Shown here: positions 37,423-46,379 of the stretch, piece by piece
Position numbering within the stretch: position 1 is the first letter of the stretch
Layout: every line of letters starts with the position of its first letter
NCBI GenBank assembly: GCA_016873675.1
Contig: VGWG01000005.1
Span: 5,648 to 69,647, forward strand
DNA from: Lentisphaerota bacterium
GTDB taxonomy: Bacteria > Verrucomicrobiota > Kiritimatiellia > RFP12 > JAAYNR01
DNA: 64,000 nucleotides
Direction of reading: 5' to 3'
Program-made: the position numbers and the translations under genes
Notes under the pieces: model-generated
The model's input: the letters and a program-made list of their open reading frames with translations, nothing else
What the model was told of the DNA's origin: nothing
Databases searched by the model: none

Positions 37423-38721
37423 ATGATTTCGGCCAATGCGGACCGATGCCAGCCGAAATGTGATTTGTTATCCATAGCCTTTCAAGCCGTGAGGCGGATC
37501 GCAGAAACACTGATTGTCTTTGCAGTCGGGGCCGGGAGCGTGAGGACCCTGGCCGCCGGGGAGGATCCCTTTGCGGACGTTGTGGCCGCGCCACAGGTCG
37601 TGGTGAACGCCGCCGCCCTGTCGGAACCGCAGTGGACGGATAATCTGCTCCTCCGCAAGGAGGTGTATCTGCTGTTTGCCACGAGTGACGAGACGGACGG
37701 CATCATGTCGCGACTGTCGGCGGGGTTTGAGGTGCAGAAGCGATTCTCCACGGCGACGCGCACGCTGGCATCGGTCGACTATCAGGGACGTCTCGTTTAC
37801 CGGGATCGCATGCGGGATACATCTGTCGACCCGATGGGGCATGACGCATCGCCGTGGGAGTACGAAACGCATAATGCGTATCTTGACTTCTATAACCTGT
37901 TTGGCGGCCCCGGTCGCTTCAATCTCCGGTGCGGCTATTTCTATCAGCCTTTTGGCCTCAACCAGCAGACCGATACGCATGGGACGATCCTGCAACTGTC
38001 CAATGACCGCCTGTTTGGTTCGGATCGCGACGGTCAGGCGATTCTGTACGGCACGTTGACGGACGATCTGGATTACACCGTCGGCTACCTGCTGGGCGCA
38101 GGACCGGATTTCAAGCTGGCGGGTCAGACGGGCATGGGGATCGCACGCGTGGCGCTAAACAGTGATTGGCTCTTCCGCCGCGGACTTGAGGTCGGGATGA
38201 GCGTTGCGGCCGGCGAGCGTGTTTCCGAGTACGACCGGATGCGCATGGAATCGTCTGTGACGAACAACCCGGCCATGGCACGACGCGCCGATACCCCGGC
38301 GCGCAACGCGATGGCCGGGTCAATGATCGGCAACGACCCCCTGATTACGACCTTCCGCGCGGGTCTGGACGTGCGCAAACGGATGGATTCCACGATCGGC
38401 CCCTTTACGCTGACCGGCGAGGCTGCGATGGGCACGGATGACGGCGATCCCATCCTGTCGGGACTGACGCAGGCGGACTGGCTCAATCCCGGGCGGCGCT
38501 GGGGCGTGGCGGCACACGTGCAATACTTCCGGCGCGAGGGTTCAGAGGAACACGACCATGCGGAGGAATCGCGGGCAACCTTTGTGCTTACGCGGTACTT
38601 CCGAAACGACGTGGGCAATGCGTCCTTGCACTGGGTCGCCCTGGCGGTGGCGCAAGATCTCCAGCCGTCTGACGGTCCAGACGACACGCTGGCCATGGTT
38701 CACTATTACCGGTATTGGTGA
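37423..38721 (+). CDS. Putative outer-membrane beta-barrel protein (hypothetical)
   Basis: A signal-like N-terminus (RRIAETLIVFAVGAGSVRTLAA), alternating hydrophobic/aromatic strands, and a C-terminal ...HYYRYW aromatic terminus typical of OMPs. The start is uncertain (37393 or 37423). Confidence 0.4.
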   Translation: MISANADRCQPKCDLLSIAFQAVRRIAETLIVFAVGAGSVRTLAAGEDPFADVVAAPQVVVNAAALSEPQWTDNLLLRKEVYLLFATSDETDGIMSRLSAGFEVQKRFSTATRTLASVDYQGRLVYRDRMRDTSVDPMGHDASPWEYETHNAYLDFYNLFGGPGRFNLRCGYFYQPFGLNQQTDTHGTILQLSNDRLFGSDRDGQAILYGTLTDDLDYTVGYLLGAGPDFKLAGQTGMGIARVALNSDWLFRRGLEVGMSVAAGERVSEYDRMRMESSVTNNPAMARRADTPARNAMAGSMIGNDPLITTFRAGLDVRKRMDSTIGPFTLTGEAAMGTDDGDPILSGLTQADWLNPGRRWGVAAHVQYFRREGSEEHDHAEESRATFVLTRYFRNDVGNASLHWVALAVAQDLQPSDGPDDTLAMVHYYRYW

Positions 38722-38726
38722 GCGTG

Positions 38727-39425
38727 ATGACTGCACACATGCTGCTGTTGACAGGGATTCTGGCGTTGGCTCCGATGATGTCGCGCGCGGCGGTCGGATG
38801 TACGCTCAGCAATCCGGCGCGAGACCTCCAGTCCCTTTTCCCTGAGATGACCTCGTATCGCGAGGATGTGAAGGAACTGCCGAAGTTCCCGCAGGGGCGG
38901 GAGCTGTATGAAGCGCTCCACGCACGCATGGGCGGCGAACTCGATCCGGTCTACGAAGCCTTCGATACGCCTTACACCCTCTATTCGGTCTTCAAAGGCG
39001 AGGAACGGATTGGCTACGTCCACGGCGTCAATGTGCCGGGGCGCGGCGGCGTGATCCAGGTCTTTGTGTCAGCCGAGCCCGCCACAGGGGCGATCAGCAA
39101 GCTCTTTTTCCAGCGCCTGGAGAGTCCGGGCGGCGCGATCCTGCGGGCCCGGGAGACGCGCGATCAGTTCACCGGACTTTCGCTGGCCGATTTCTACAAG
39201 CACGATTATTATGCGGAGGTCGAGCCCGGCAACACGGCCGACAAGATCGCCCGGATCAAGCCGCCGGCCGCGCTGCCCGAGGATGCGAAACCGGATTGGG
39301 ACGCGACCTTGCGCGGACTTCGCAAGAATCTGATCCTGCTGGACATCTTTGCGTTCGACCGGCGCTATGAACCGTTTTTCAAACGTGCCGAAGAGGCGCG
39401 CCAAAAGAAAGGGAACAAACCATGA
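38727..39425 (+). CDS. Secreted protein with possible degenerate FMN-binding-domain-like core
   Basis: A signal peptide, then GYVHGVNVPGRGGVIQVFVSAEPATGAISKLFFQRLESPGG, which resembles the G..G.I.V.V....G.I....ETPG pattern of FMN_bind domains. The downstream S/TGAT flavinylation motif is not intact (PGNTADKIA). The assignment is weak. Confidence 0.3.
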   Translation: MTAHMLLLTGILALAPMMSRAAVGCTLSNPARDLQSLFPEMTSYREDVKELPKFPQGRELYEALHARMGGELDPVYEAFDTPYTLYSVFKGEERIGYVHGVNVPGRGGVIQVFVSAEPATGAISKLFFQRLESPGGAILRARETRDQFTGLSLADFYKHDYYAEVEPGNTADKIARIKPPAALPEDAKPDWDATLRGLRKNLILLDIFAFDRRYEPFFKRAEEARQKKGNKP

Positions 39426-39829
39426 AACCTATCCGCAGCGTCGCATGGATGCTATTGGCCACAGCCGTCGCGGGCGTGCTGATCGCCGGATGCGGGCGCA
39501 AGGCCGGTCACGGAACGCATTTTGGCGAGCCGTTCACATCCGCGCCGGTTGTGACGATTGCGCAACTGCTGGAAACGCCGGAGGCCTTTCAGCGGAAGCC
39601 GGTGCGCGTGCAGGGAACCATCGAACGGCAGTGTCCCATGGCGGGGTGCTGGTTCTTCATACACGACGGGCAGGGCCGTTCCATCAAGGTGGAACTTGGC
39701 GACTACCTGCCCAAGTTGCCGCAAAACATCGGCAACATCGCCGAGGCTGAAGGCGAGTTGATCAAAAAAGGGGCTGCCTACGAATTCATCGGCACACGCG
39801 TAACGTTCACAAAAAAGGACGCTCCATGA
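39422..39829 (+). CDS. Small lipoprotein with a CPMAGC pair
   Basis: Lipobox LIAGC, 135 aa, with QCPMAGCWFFIHDGQGRSIKVE. It is translationally coupled to both neighbours. Confidence 0.4.
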   Translation: MKPIRSVAWMLLATAVAGVLIAGCGRKAGHGTHFGEPFTSAPVVTIAQLLETPEAFQRKPVRVQGTIERQCPMAGCWFFIHDGQGRSIKVELGDYLPKLPQNIGNIAEAEGELIKKGAAYEFIGTRVTFTKKDAP

Positions 39830-41073
39830 CGTTCACGGCTTTCGCATGGAAAAATCTGGTCCGCCGTCCGGTGCGCACGGCGTTGACGGCGGGCGGGGTT
39901 GCGCTGGCTGTCGCGGTGTCGGTGAGTCTGGGCGGGTTCAATCTGGGCTACAAGCGGGCCATTGCCGGGAGCATTGAGCAACTCGGTTTTCAGGTGATGG
40001 TCATGGCCAAGGGTTGTCCGTATGAGGCGGCGACGATGATGCTCAAGGGCGGCACGGGTTTGCTCTATCTGCCCGAAGATGCACACGCGAAGATCAAGAA
40101 TGACCCCGATATTGAGGCGATCACTCCGATCTTCATCGGCATCGCCGAAAAACAGGGATCGTCGATCGACGACGCGCCATCAGCCGCATCCTGGACCATC
40201 CTGTCGGGTGTGGACGAGGTTTCGTTCCGGGTGATGAAACCCTGGCTGACTTTCAAGCAGGGGCCTGGATATGACGGCGGGCGGTGGTTTTCTGCGGATG
40301 CGACCAATGAGGTGGTCATGGGGTTTGAGGCGGCGGAGTACGAGCAGCGCAAGGTGGGCGATGTGTTGTATGCATCCATCACGCCCAATGGCAAAACGGT
40401 GCCGGTGATGCATGCCTTCCGGGTGATCGGTGTGCTCGAGCGGAGCGGCTCCCAGGACGACGGCACGGTCTTTCTGCCGCTGAAGACGGCCCAGCAGATT
40501 TTTGGGCGCGAGGGGCAACTCACGATCATCGGCATCAAGCTGCGCGAGTTCAACGGCATCCGCATGCGCGAATTTGAGGGGCGATGGATGAGCATTCCCG
40601 AGGTGCAGGTGGTGAGCCTGGAGCAGGTGAAAGGCGCGCTGGTGTCGCTCGTCGGCACGGCGCAGACCATGGTGGCGGCGGTGGCCGTGATTGCTGTTAT
40701 TGTGGCGGTGATTGGCGTGATCAACGCGATTCTGATGAGTGTCTACGAGCGCATGGGCGAGATCGGCATCATGAAGGCCGTCGGTGCGACGCGCATTCAG
40801 ATCTTCCGGTTGATCTGGACGGAGACCTTGCTGATCTGTCTGGCCGGGGCGGTTGTCGGCTGCCTGCTGGCGGCCATGGGCGCCGGGGCCACGGATGCCG
40901 CGCTGCGCCATCTGTTGAACATCGGCGTGACGCAGGGGCTGGTCCGCATCACCCCGGGCCTGCTGGGCGCGGCTGTGTCGGGGTCCGTCATGCTCGGCTT
41001 GTTGGCGGGCATCTGGCCGGCGCGCCGCGCGGCGGAATTGCATCCGGTGGAGGCGATTCGCGCCAACGAATAA
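39826..41073 (+). CDS. ABC transporter permease, FtsX/MacB/LolC family
   Basis: An N-terminal TM, a large periplasmic MacB_PCD-like domain, then three C-terminal TM helices of the FtsX fold (…ILMSVYERMGEIGIMKAVGATR…). Confidence 0.75.
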   Translation: MTFTAFAWKNLVRRPVRTALTAGGVALAVAVSVSLGGFNLGYKRAIAGSIEQLGFQVMVMAKGCPYEAATMMLKGGTGLLYLPEDAHAKIKNDPDIEAITPIFIGIAEKQGSSIDDAPSAASWTILSGVDEVSFRVMKPWLTFKQGPGYDGGRWFSADATNEVVMGFEAAEYEQRKVGDVLYASITPNGKTVPVMHAFRVIGVLERSGSQDDGTVFLPLKTAQQIFGREGQLTIIGIKLREFNGIRMREFEGRWMSIPEVQVVSLEQVKGALVSLVGTAQTMVAAVAVIAVIVAVIGVINAILMSVYERMGEIGIMKAVGATRIQIFRLIWTETLLICLAGAVVGCLLAAMGAGATDAALRHLLNIGVTQGLVRITPGLLGAAVSGSVMLGLLAGIWPARRAAELHPVEAIRANE

Positions 41074-41083
41074 GGGGGCATCG

Positions 41084-41764
41084 ATGAACGGAGACGTGAT
41101 TGTCGCGGGACGTGGTCTGTGCCGCTTCTATCTGCGGGGCAGCGAAACGGTGCGTGCGCTCGATGGCGTGGATATCGATGTTCGCCCTGGCGAGTCCGTC
41201 TGCATTCTCGGGCCATCCGGTTCGGGAAAAACGACGCTGATCAATTTGCTTTCGGCTTTGGACGCGCCGACCGCCGGCACGCTGACCATCAATGGCCGGC
41301 GCGTCGACGGGCTGCCCGAAAACGAGCTGGTGAACATCCGGCGCGGCACCCTGGGGTATGTCTTCCAAAAATTTCATCTGATCCCGACGCTGACCGTGGC
41401 CGAGAATGTCGCCCTGCCTCTTTTATTCCTGGGGCGGAAAGCCGATCCAGACGCTCTGGCGCGGGTACTGGATGCGGTGGGCTTGGCTGACCGGGCAACC
41501 CATCTTCCAAAAGAACTTTCGGGCGGCCAGATGCAACGGGTGGCCATCGGGCGGGCGCTTGTCACGGGGCCGCGCGTGCTGATCGCCGATGAGCCCACGG
41601 GCAACCTGGACAGTCAGACGGGCGGTGCGATCATGGATCTGTTTGTCAAGGCCGTGCGCGAGGAGGGCGTTGCGCTCGTGCTGACCACGCACAACCTGGC
41701 GCTTGCGTCCCGATGCGATCACCGTGTCACACTGGAAGACGGACGTGTGAAACAGGGCGCGTGA
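41084..41764 (+). CDS. ABC transporter ATP-binding protein (MacB/LolD type)
   Basis: Walker [12 protein letters not shown]-loop, signature [15 protein letters not shown], Walker [13 protein letters not shown]-loop TTHN. Confidence 0.85.
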   Translation: MNGDVIVAGRGLCRFYLRGSETVRALDGVDIDVRPGESVCILGPSGSGKTTLINLLSALDAPTAGTLTINGRRVDGLPENELVNIRRGTLGYVFQKFHLIPTLTVAENVALPLLFLGRKADPDALARVLDAVGLADRATHLPKELSGGQMQRVAIGRALVTGPRVLIADEPTGNLDSQTGGAIMDLFVKAVREEGVALVLTTHNLALASRCDHRVTLEDGRVKQGA

Positions 41765-41986
41765 GGATGCTGCGCGTCCTGTCAGCCCGCCGGTGCAGCA
41801 GGTGCCGCACTTTGGGGAGAAGAAAGAAAGGTGTCGCTTGTCATCCTTCAGTTTTCATGCGATACTTGCCCCGCTGCTTGCTTTGGGTCTTTTGTCGCTC
41901 GAACAGCGCGCAATTATCCAAACGGGGGGCACTGCTGTCAACGCAATCACAACAGGTTCAACCTGTGTGTTGTATTGGGGTTATAC

Positions 41987-42039
41987 TCAACGCAATCCTA
42001 ATCGGTCTGTCGGGGGTGCGCGTCCCTCACCCGCCACCG
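41987..42039 (+). repeat. Degenerate copy of the 3' two-thirds of tRNA-Met (candidate attR / island boundary)
   Basis: tcaacgcaatcctaatcggtctgtcgggggtgcgcgtccctcacccgccaccga versus tRNA 12315-12364 gcaacggaatcataatccgtctgtcgggggttcaagtccctcacccgccacca. About 47/53 nt are identical. The T-loop is mutated, and there is no 5' acceptor or D-arm, so it is not a functional tRNA. Confidence 0.7.
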
Positions 42040-42073
42040 ATCAAACCGGGTTTCGGGGCCCGTCCGGGCAGCC

Positions 42074-42853
42074 ATGATGGTTAAATCTCAGGCGATCGCG
42101 CTTAAAATCCGCCCCTGGTCTCGCACGTCCCATGTGGTGACTTGGCTGACCCCGGATCACGGTCGGACGGTGACCTCGGTCAAGGGCGCCTGCCGGCCCA
42201 AAAGCGCTTTTCTGGGTCAATACGACGTCGGCGCGACCTGCGAGCTGCTCTTCTATGCGCGCGACCGGGGCGGCATCCACGCCATCCGAGAATGCACGCC
42301 ATCGGAAATCCGCGAACCGCTCCACGCCGATTGGCGCGCGGGAGCGGCAGCTTCCTATTTCTGCGATCTGACCGCCTCGGTCACCGTCCCCATGCAGGAG
42401 GCGCAGGCCCTCTTCGCCCTGTTAAGCCAGTCACTCGATGCCCTGTGCGCGCAGACTCCGGGAACCGGACACCTGCTCGCCTTTGAGATCGCCATGCTCG
42501 ACCGGCTGGGCATTCTCCCCGACCTCGCGCGCTGCCCGGGCTGTCACACCCCGGAACGCGACTGGCTCCGGTTTTCACTCGCCTCGGGCCGGCTGCTCTG
42601 CGCCCATGCATCGGCCGCCGCCATCCTGGAACCCTCGATCACCCTCCACCGCGACGTTGTGGCGGCCTTGAGCGGCCACCTGTCTCCGGAATCGGCCCTG
42701 CAGCTCCCGCACAGCGGCGACGTTGCGCTGGGCATACGCCGGTTCCTGGGACTGTTCATCCGCTACCACCTCGATCTTCCGCCCGCCGCTCGGCAGGTGA
42801 CGTTTGACCTGCTCGCCGAACCGCCTGTGTCCGGCGCGACCGCTGACCTGTGA
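42074..42853 (+). CDS. recO: DNA repair protein RecO
   Basis: An N-terminal OB fold (VKSQAIALKIRPWSRTSHVV), a C-terminal CPGC...C zinc motif, ~258 aa. Confidence 0.8.
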   Translation: MMVKSQAIALKIRPWSRTSHVVTWLTPDHGRTVTSVKGACRPKSAFLGQYDVGATCELLFYARDRGGIHAIRECTPSEIREPLHADWRAGAAASYFCDLTASVTVPMQEAQALFALLSQSLDALCAQTPGTGHLLAFEIAMLDRLGILPDLARCPGCHTPERDWLRFSLASGRLLCAHASAAAILEPSITLHRDVVAALSGHLSPESALQLPHSGDVALGIRRFLGLFIRYHLDLPPAARQVTFDLLAEPPVSGATADL

Positions 42854-42864
42854 AAGGACTGCCC

Positions 42865-43593
42865 ATGAAACGCATCCCGATGATTTCCACCACGCTCGCT
42901 TTGGCGCTCGTCGCCGTCACCCTGGCCACGGGGTGTTCGAACAAGGGGACGCTGGCCGACCCGCAGTCGTTGAAGAACCATCCCGAGAGCCTCGCCGTGA
43001 TCATCAACGGCTTTGCGGTGACCTGGGAAGCGGTTGATCGCCGCGCCCGGGCCTTTCTTCAGGACGAGAAGACCTTCAACCATCTGGCGTTTGCCCCGGA
43101 ACAAGAACCCGAGGCGCTCGACCATTTCCGACGCCGCGCCGTGAAGATCGAGGTGATGCGCCAGTTGCTGCTGGAAGAAGCGCGGCAGCAGCGGATCGTG
43201 GTGACTGAACAGGACCGCCAGATCGCCCTTGCGCGACTCGTTCCGCTGATGGCCCGGCGGAATTGGACGACGAACGACTTCTTCACCCGTTCTCCGCTGG
43301 GGCCGGAACAGACGCGCGCCGAGTTCGAGGAGAGTCTCTACATTGACAAGCTGCTGAATGAGCAGGTGCCTCGAACGGTGTCGGCCACGACGGAAGAGAT
43401 TGCGGCTGCCACCGCTGAATTGGCGCGCCTCCGTCCCGATGCCCAGCCGAAGCCGGCTGAAATCCGCCAGTTCGTCATCCGAAGCAAGGCCAAACAGGCG
43501 GCAAACGACTATTACCGGAAACTCGTCGCAAGCGCCACCATCCAATGCGCCTTCCCGGATCTGGTCTTCGAAGAGGTCATGGCCGCCGAGTAA
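42865..43593 (+). CDS. SurA-N-domain lipoprotein (periplasmic chaperone-like)
   Basis: Lipobox LATGC and RBS AAAGGA. The helical SurA_N-like pattern is PESLAVIINGFAVTWEAVD...EIR.FVI. The ORF-track start at 42850 overlaps the recO stop. Confidence 0.45.
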   Translation: MKRIPMISTTLALALVAVTLATGCSNKGTLADPQSLKNHPESLAVIINGFAVTWEAVDRRARAFLQDEKTFNHLAFAPEQEPEALDHFRRRAVKIEVMRQLLLEEARQQRIVVTEQDRQIALARLVPLMARRNWTTNDFFTRSPLGPEQTRAEFEESLYIDKLLNEQVPRTVSATTEEIAAATAELARLRPDAQPKPAEIRQFVIRSKAKQAANDYYRKLVASATIQCAFPDLVFEEVMAAE

Positions 43594-43603
43594 CCAGCCA
43601 CCA

Positions 43604-44887
43604 CTATCCCGAAAACTTCGCCCGGTATGCCCAGAGGCCGAGCGCGGGGTTGCTAATGAAAAAGACCTCTTCTCCATCCGGCATCCGGTTCCAGCCATTC
43701 TGGAGCCGATCTAGATTGTAGCGCGCGGCCATCTCCGCGTACGGACTGGCATCAAACCCGACGGCGCGCACCGCGTCCAGTCCCATCCCGTCGCCCGGAC
43801 AATAGGTGATGTGGAAGCGGTCCTCCGACGAGCCGTGGATCAAATGGGCCGCCGCGCCCAGGTTGCCGCGCAGGTCCTCATTCTCCTCAACCGCCTTCAA
43901 CGTGGCGGGAGTTCCGCGATAGCCGTATTTGCGGATCAGCCCGTCGATCTTCGGGTCCTCACCGAATTCTTTGAGCGCCGGGGCGAGCACGACCAACTCG
44001 CCGCCGTCGGCGATCGCCATGCGCGTGCGGTAGATCGCCTTGTTGCCGAGCCAGGTGCTCTGAAACTCATGCGGATCGAGATAGACCACCACTTTCCGGG
44101 GCTCGCGTTCGAGCAGGTTGATGTTTACCCGGGCCGCCAGCGCGCAGGCCTCGCGATACACCTGCGCATCATCCCCGGCATAAAAACCGCGCAGATGCAT
44201 CTGCCGCGTGACGGCATCCTGCTCAACCACCGTGAGTATGTAAGTAATCGGCAGATCCTTTAAAAACGTCTCAACGGCCGTGTTGAAAAGCCGGCGCACC
44301 GGCGTATCAGCCCGGCCGAGGATGGTCTCCATGTTGCAGACCGCGCCCAAGAAGTGAGATTTGTTGATGATGTCCGCCCCGCCCGCGCCCACGACGATAT
44401 TCTTGGTGTAGTTGGCCATGCCGACCACCTCGTGCGGCACGACCTGCCCGATCGACACGATCAGGTCGTAACCCTTGAACAGCCGTTGGCTCACCTCCAC
44501 CCCGACCGAATACGCAACCTTGCCGCCGGAAAGCTCGGCGAGCAGCGATCCCGGAAGCTCGCCTGCGCGGACAATCCCGTTGCGCCAGTCATGCACCAGG
44601 AATGCCGTCAACGGAATCGTGTCGCCAAACATGAGGCGAAGCTGCTTCTCGGTCATGGCATTGTGCGTGCCCAGCGTCGGCATCACGTCCACCCGCACGC
44701 CCCGGGCCGTCAGCGCCTCGTAGGCCATCGCGGTGATCGGCCCCGCCTGCGAATTGAGACGGGTGTGATCCGGTGGCAGCAGAAGCACGCGGCGCAGGGG
44801 TTCGGGGCGCGAATCCAGGGTCTTTAACACCAGCGCGCGCAGTTCCTCGCTCGAAATAGAAACCTGTTCTCCGCACTGTATGATCAT
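43604..44887 (-). CDS. LarA-family (nickel-pincer-dependent) racemase/epimerase, DUF2088
   Basis: LLLPPDHTRLNSQAGPI, PTLGTHNAMTE and IGQVVPHEVVGMANYTKNIVVGAGG follow LarA N-domain motifs (PDxTR, GTH, the PHE...G pattern). It is 427 aa from the Met at 44887. The ORF-track start at 45088 is an extension. Confidence 0.65.
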   Translation of the reverse strand: MIIQCGEQVSISSEELRALVLKTLDSRPEPLRRVLLLPPDHTRLNSQAGPITAMAYEALTARGVRVDVMPTLGTHNAMTEKQLRLMFGDTIPLTAFLVHDWRNGIVRAGELPGSLLAELSGGKVAYSVGVEVSQRLFKGYDLIVSIGQVVPHEVVGMANYTKNIVVGAGGADIINKSHFLGAVCNMETILGRADTPVRRLFNTAVETFLKDLPITYILTVVEQDAVTRQMHLRGFYAGDDAQVYREACALAARVNINLLEREPRKVVVYLDPHEFQSTWLGNKAIYRTRMAIADGGELVVLAPALKEFGEDPKIDGLIRKYGYRGTPATLKAVEENEDLRGNLGAAAHLIHGSSEDRFHITYCPGDGMGLDAVRAVGFDASPYAEMAARYNLDRLQNGWNRMPDGEEVFFISNPALGLWAYRAKFSG

Positions 44888-44903
44888 AGGCGCAGGACTC
44901 CCG

Positions 44904-46355
44904 TCACACGACGTAGGTGGATGCGGCGGTGCTGCCGCCGCGGCCGGTCCAATTGGTGTGGAAGAACTGGCCCCGCGGCGCATCCGTGCGCTCATAGGTA
45001 TGGGCGCCGAAATAATCGCGCTGGGCCTGCAGCAGGTTCGCCGGCAGTCGCGCGCAGCGGTAGCCGTCATAATAGGCCAGCGCCGCACTGATGGCAGGGG
45101 TCGGAATCCCCAGCTTCACGGCCATGCGGACGACCCGCCGCCAGCCACCCTGGGCGCGCCGCATCTTGCCGCTGAAGAACGGGTCGAGCAGCAGGTTGGT
45201 CAAACCCGGATTGTGGTCAAACGCCTTCTTGATCTTGCCGAGAAACACCGAGCGGATGATGCAGCCGCCGCGCCACATCAACGCGATGCCGCCGTAGTTG
45301 AGGTTCCAGCCGTAGGACTGGGCGGCCGCGCGCATGAGTTGATACCCCTGCGCATAGCTGACCAGCTTCGAGGCGTAGAGCGCCTGCTTCAGGTCATTGA
45401 CAAAGCGCTGACGGGAACCGGTGAACGTCGTCGCTGCCGGGCCGGCGAGCTGCGCCGAAGCCGCCACACGCTCGTCCTTGAGCGCCGAGAGACAGCGGGC
45501 GAAGACCGCCTCGCCGATCAGCGTGAGCGGCTGGCCTTCGTCGAGCGCGGCCACGGCCGTCCATTTTCCGGTGCCCTTCTGACCGGCGGTGTCCAAAATG
45601 TTCTCCAGCACCGCTTCGCCCGCCTCGGTCCGGTACCCCAGGATGTCGCGGGTGATCTCGATCAGGTAGCTGTCCAGTTCCCCCGTGTTCCAGTCGGCAA
45701 AGATGGCGTGCATCTCATCGGCGGTGAGGCCGAGGCCATCCTTCATCACCTGGTAAACCTCGCAGATCATCTGCATGTCGCCGTATTCGATGCCGTTGTG
45801 AACCATCTTCACAAAATGACCGGCGCCGCCCTCGCCGACCCACTCGCAGCAGGGCTTGCCGGAGTCGGTCTGCGCCGCGATCTTCTGAAAGATCGGCTTC
45901 ACGGCGGGCCAGGCTGCGGGTGAACCGCCGGGCATGATCGACGGGCCAAGCAGCGCGCCCTCCTCGCCACCCGAGACGCCCGTGCCGACATACAGCAGCC
46001 CCCGGCTTTCCACGTATTGCGCGCGGCGAATGGTGTCGGGAAAATGACTGTTGCCGCCGTCAATGATAATGTCGCCGGGCTCGAGATGGGGAATGATCTG
46101 CTCGATGAATTCGTCCACGGCCCGGCCCGCCTTGACCAGCATCATCACCTTGCGCGGACGCTCCAAGCTGGCGCACAACGCCGCGATGCTGTGGCACCCG
46201 ATGAACTTCTTGCCGGCCCCGCGTCCGCCGATAAACGCATCCACCTTCTCAACCGTGCGGTTGAACACCGCCACCGTAAACCCCTTGCTCTCCATGTTGA
46301 GCACCAGGTTCTCGCCCATTACCGCCAAGCCAATCAAGCCGATGTCTGCCTTCAT
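44904..46355 (-). CDS. gnd: 6-phosphogluconate dehydrogenase (decarboxylating)
   Basis: MKADIGLIGLAVMGENLVLN (Rossmann fold), GTGVSGGEEGA, and WRGGCIIRS. Confidence 0.9.
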   Translation of the reverse strand: MKADIGLIGLAVMGENLVLNMESKGFTVAVFNRTVEKVDAFIGGRGAGKKFIGCHSIAALCASLERPRKVMMLVKAGRAVDEFIEQIIPHLEPGDIIIDGGNSHFPDTIRRAQYVESRGLLYVGTGVSGGEEGALLGPSIMPGGSPAAWPAVKPIFQKIAAQTDSGKPCCEWVGEGGAGHFVKMVHNGIEYGDMQMICEVYQVMKDGLGLTADEMHAIFADWNTGELDSYLIEITRDILGYRTEAGEAVLENILDTAGQKGTGKWTAVAALDEGQPLTLIGEAVFARCLSALKDERVAASAQLAGPAATTFTGSRQRFVNDLKQALYASKLVSYAQGYQLMRAAAQSYGWNLNYGGIALMWRGGCIIRSVFLGKIKKAFDHNPGLTNLLLDPFFSGKMRRAQGGWRRVVRMAVKLGIPTPAISAALAYYDGYRCARLPANLLQAQRDYFGAHTYERTDAPRGQFFHTNWTGRGGSTAASTYVV

Positions 46356-46379
46356 GTGATTCTCCCGTGTTAATTGAAA

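Noticed and set aside
12365-42000. Integrase, transposase, or phage genes that would make the tRNA-flanked segment an active element
   Set aside because: I scanned every ORF larger than 150 aa in the interval. None shows tyrosine/serine recombinase or DDE motifs. Mobility is therefore inferred only from the tRNA-fragment duplication.
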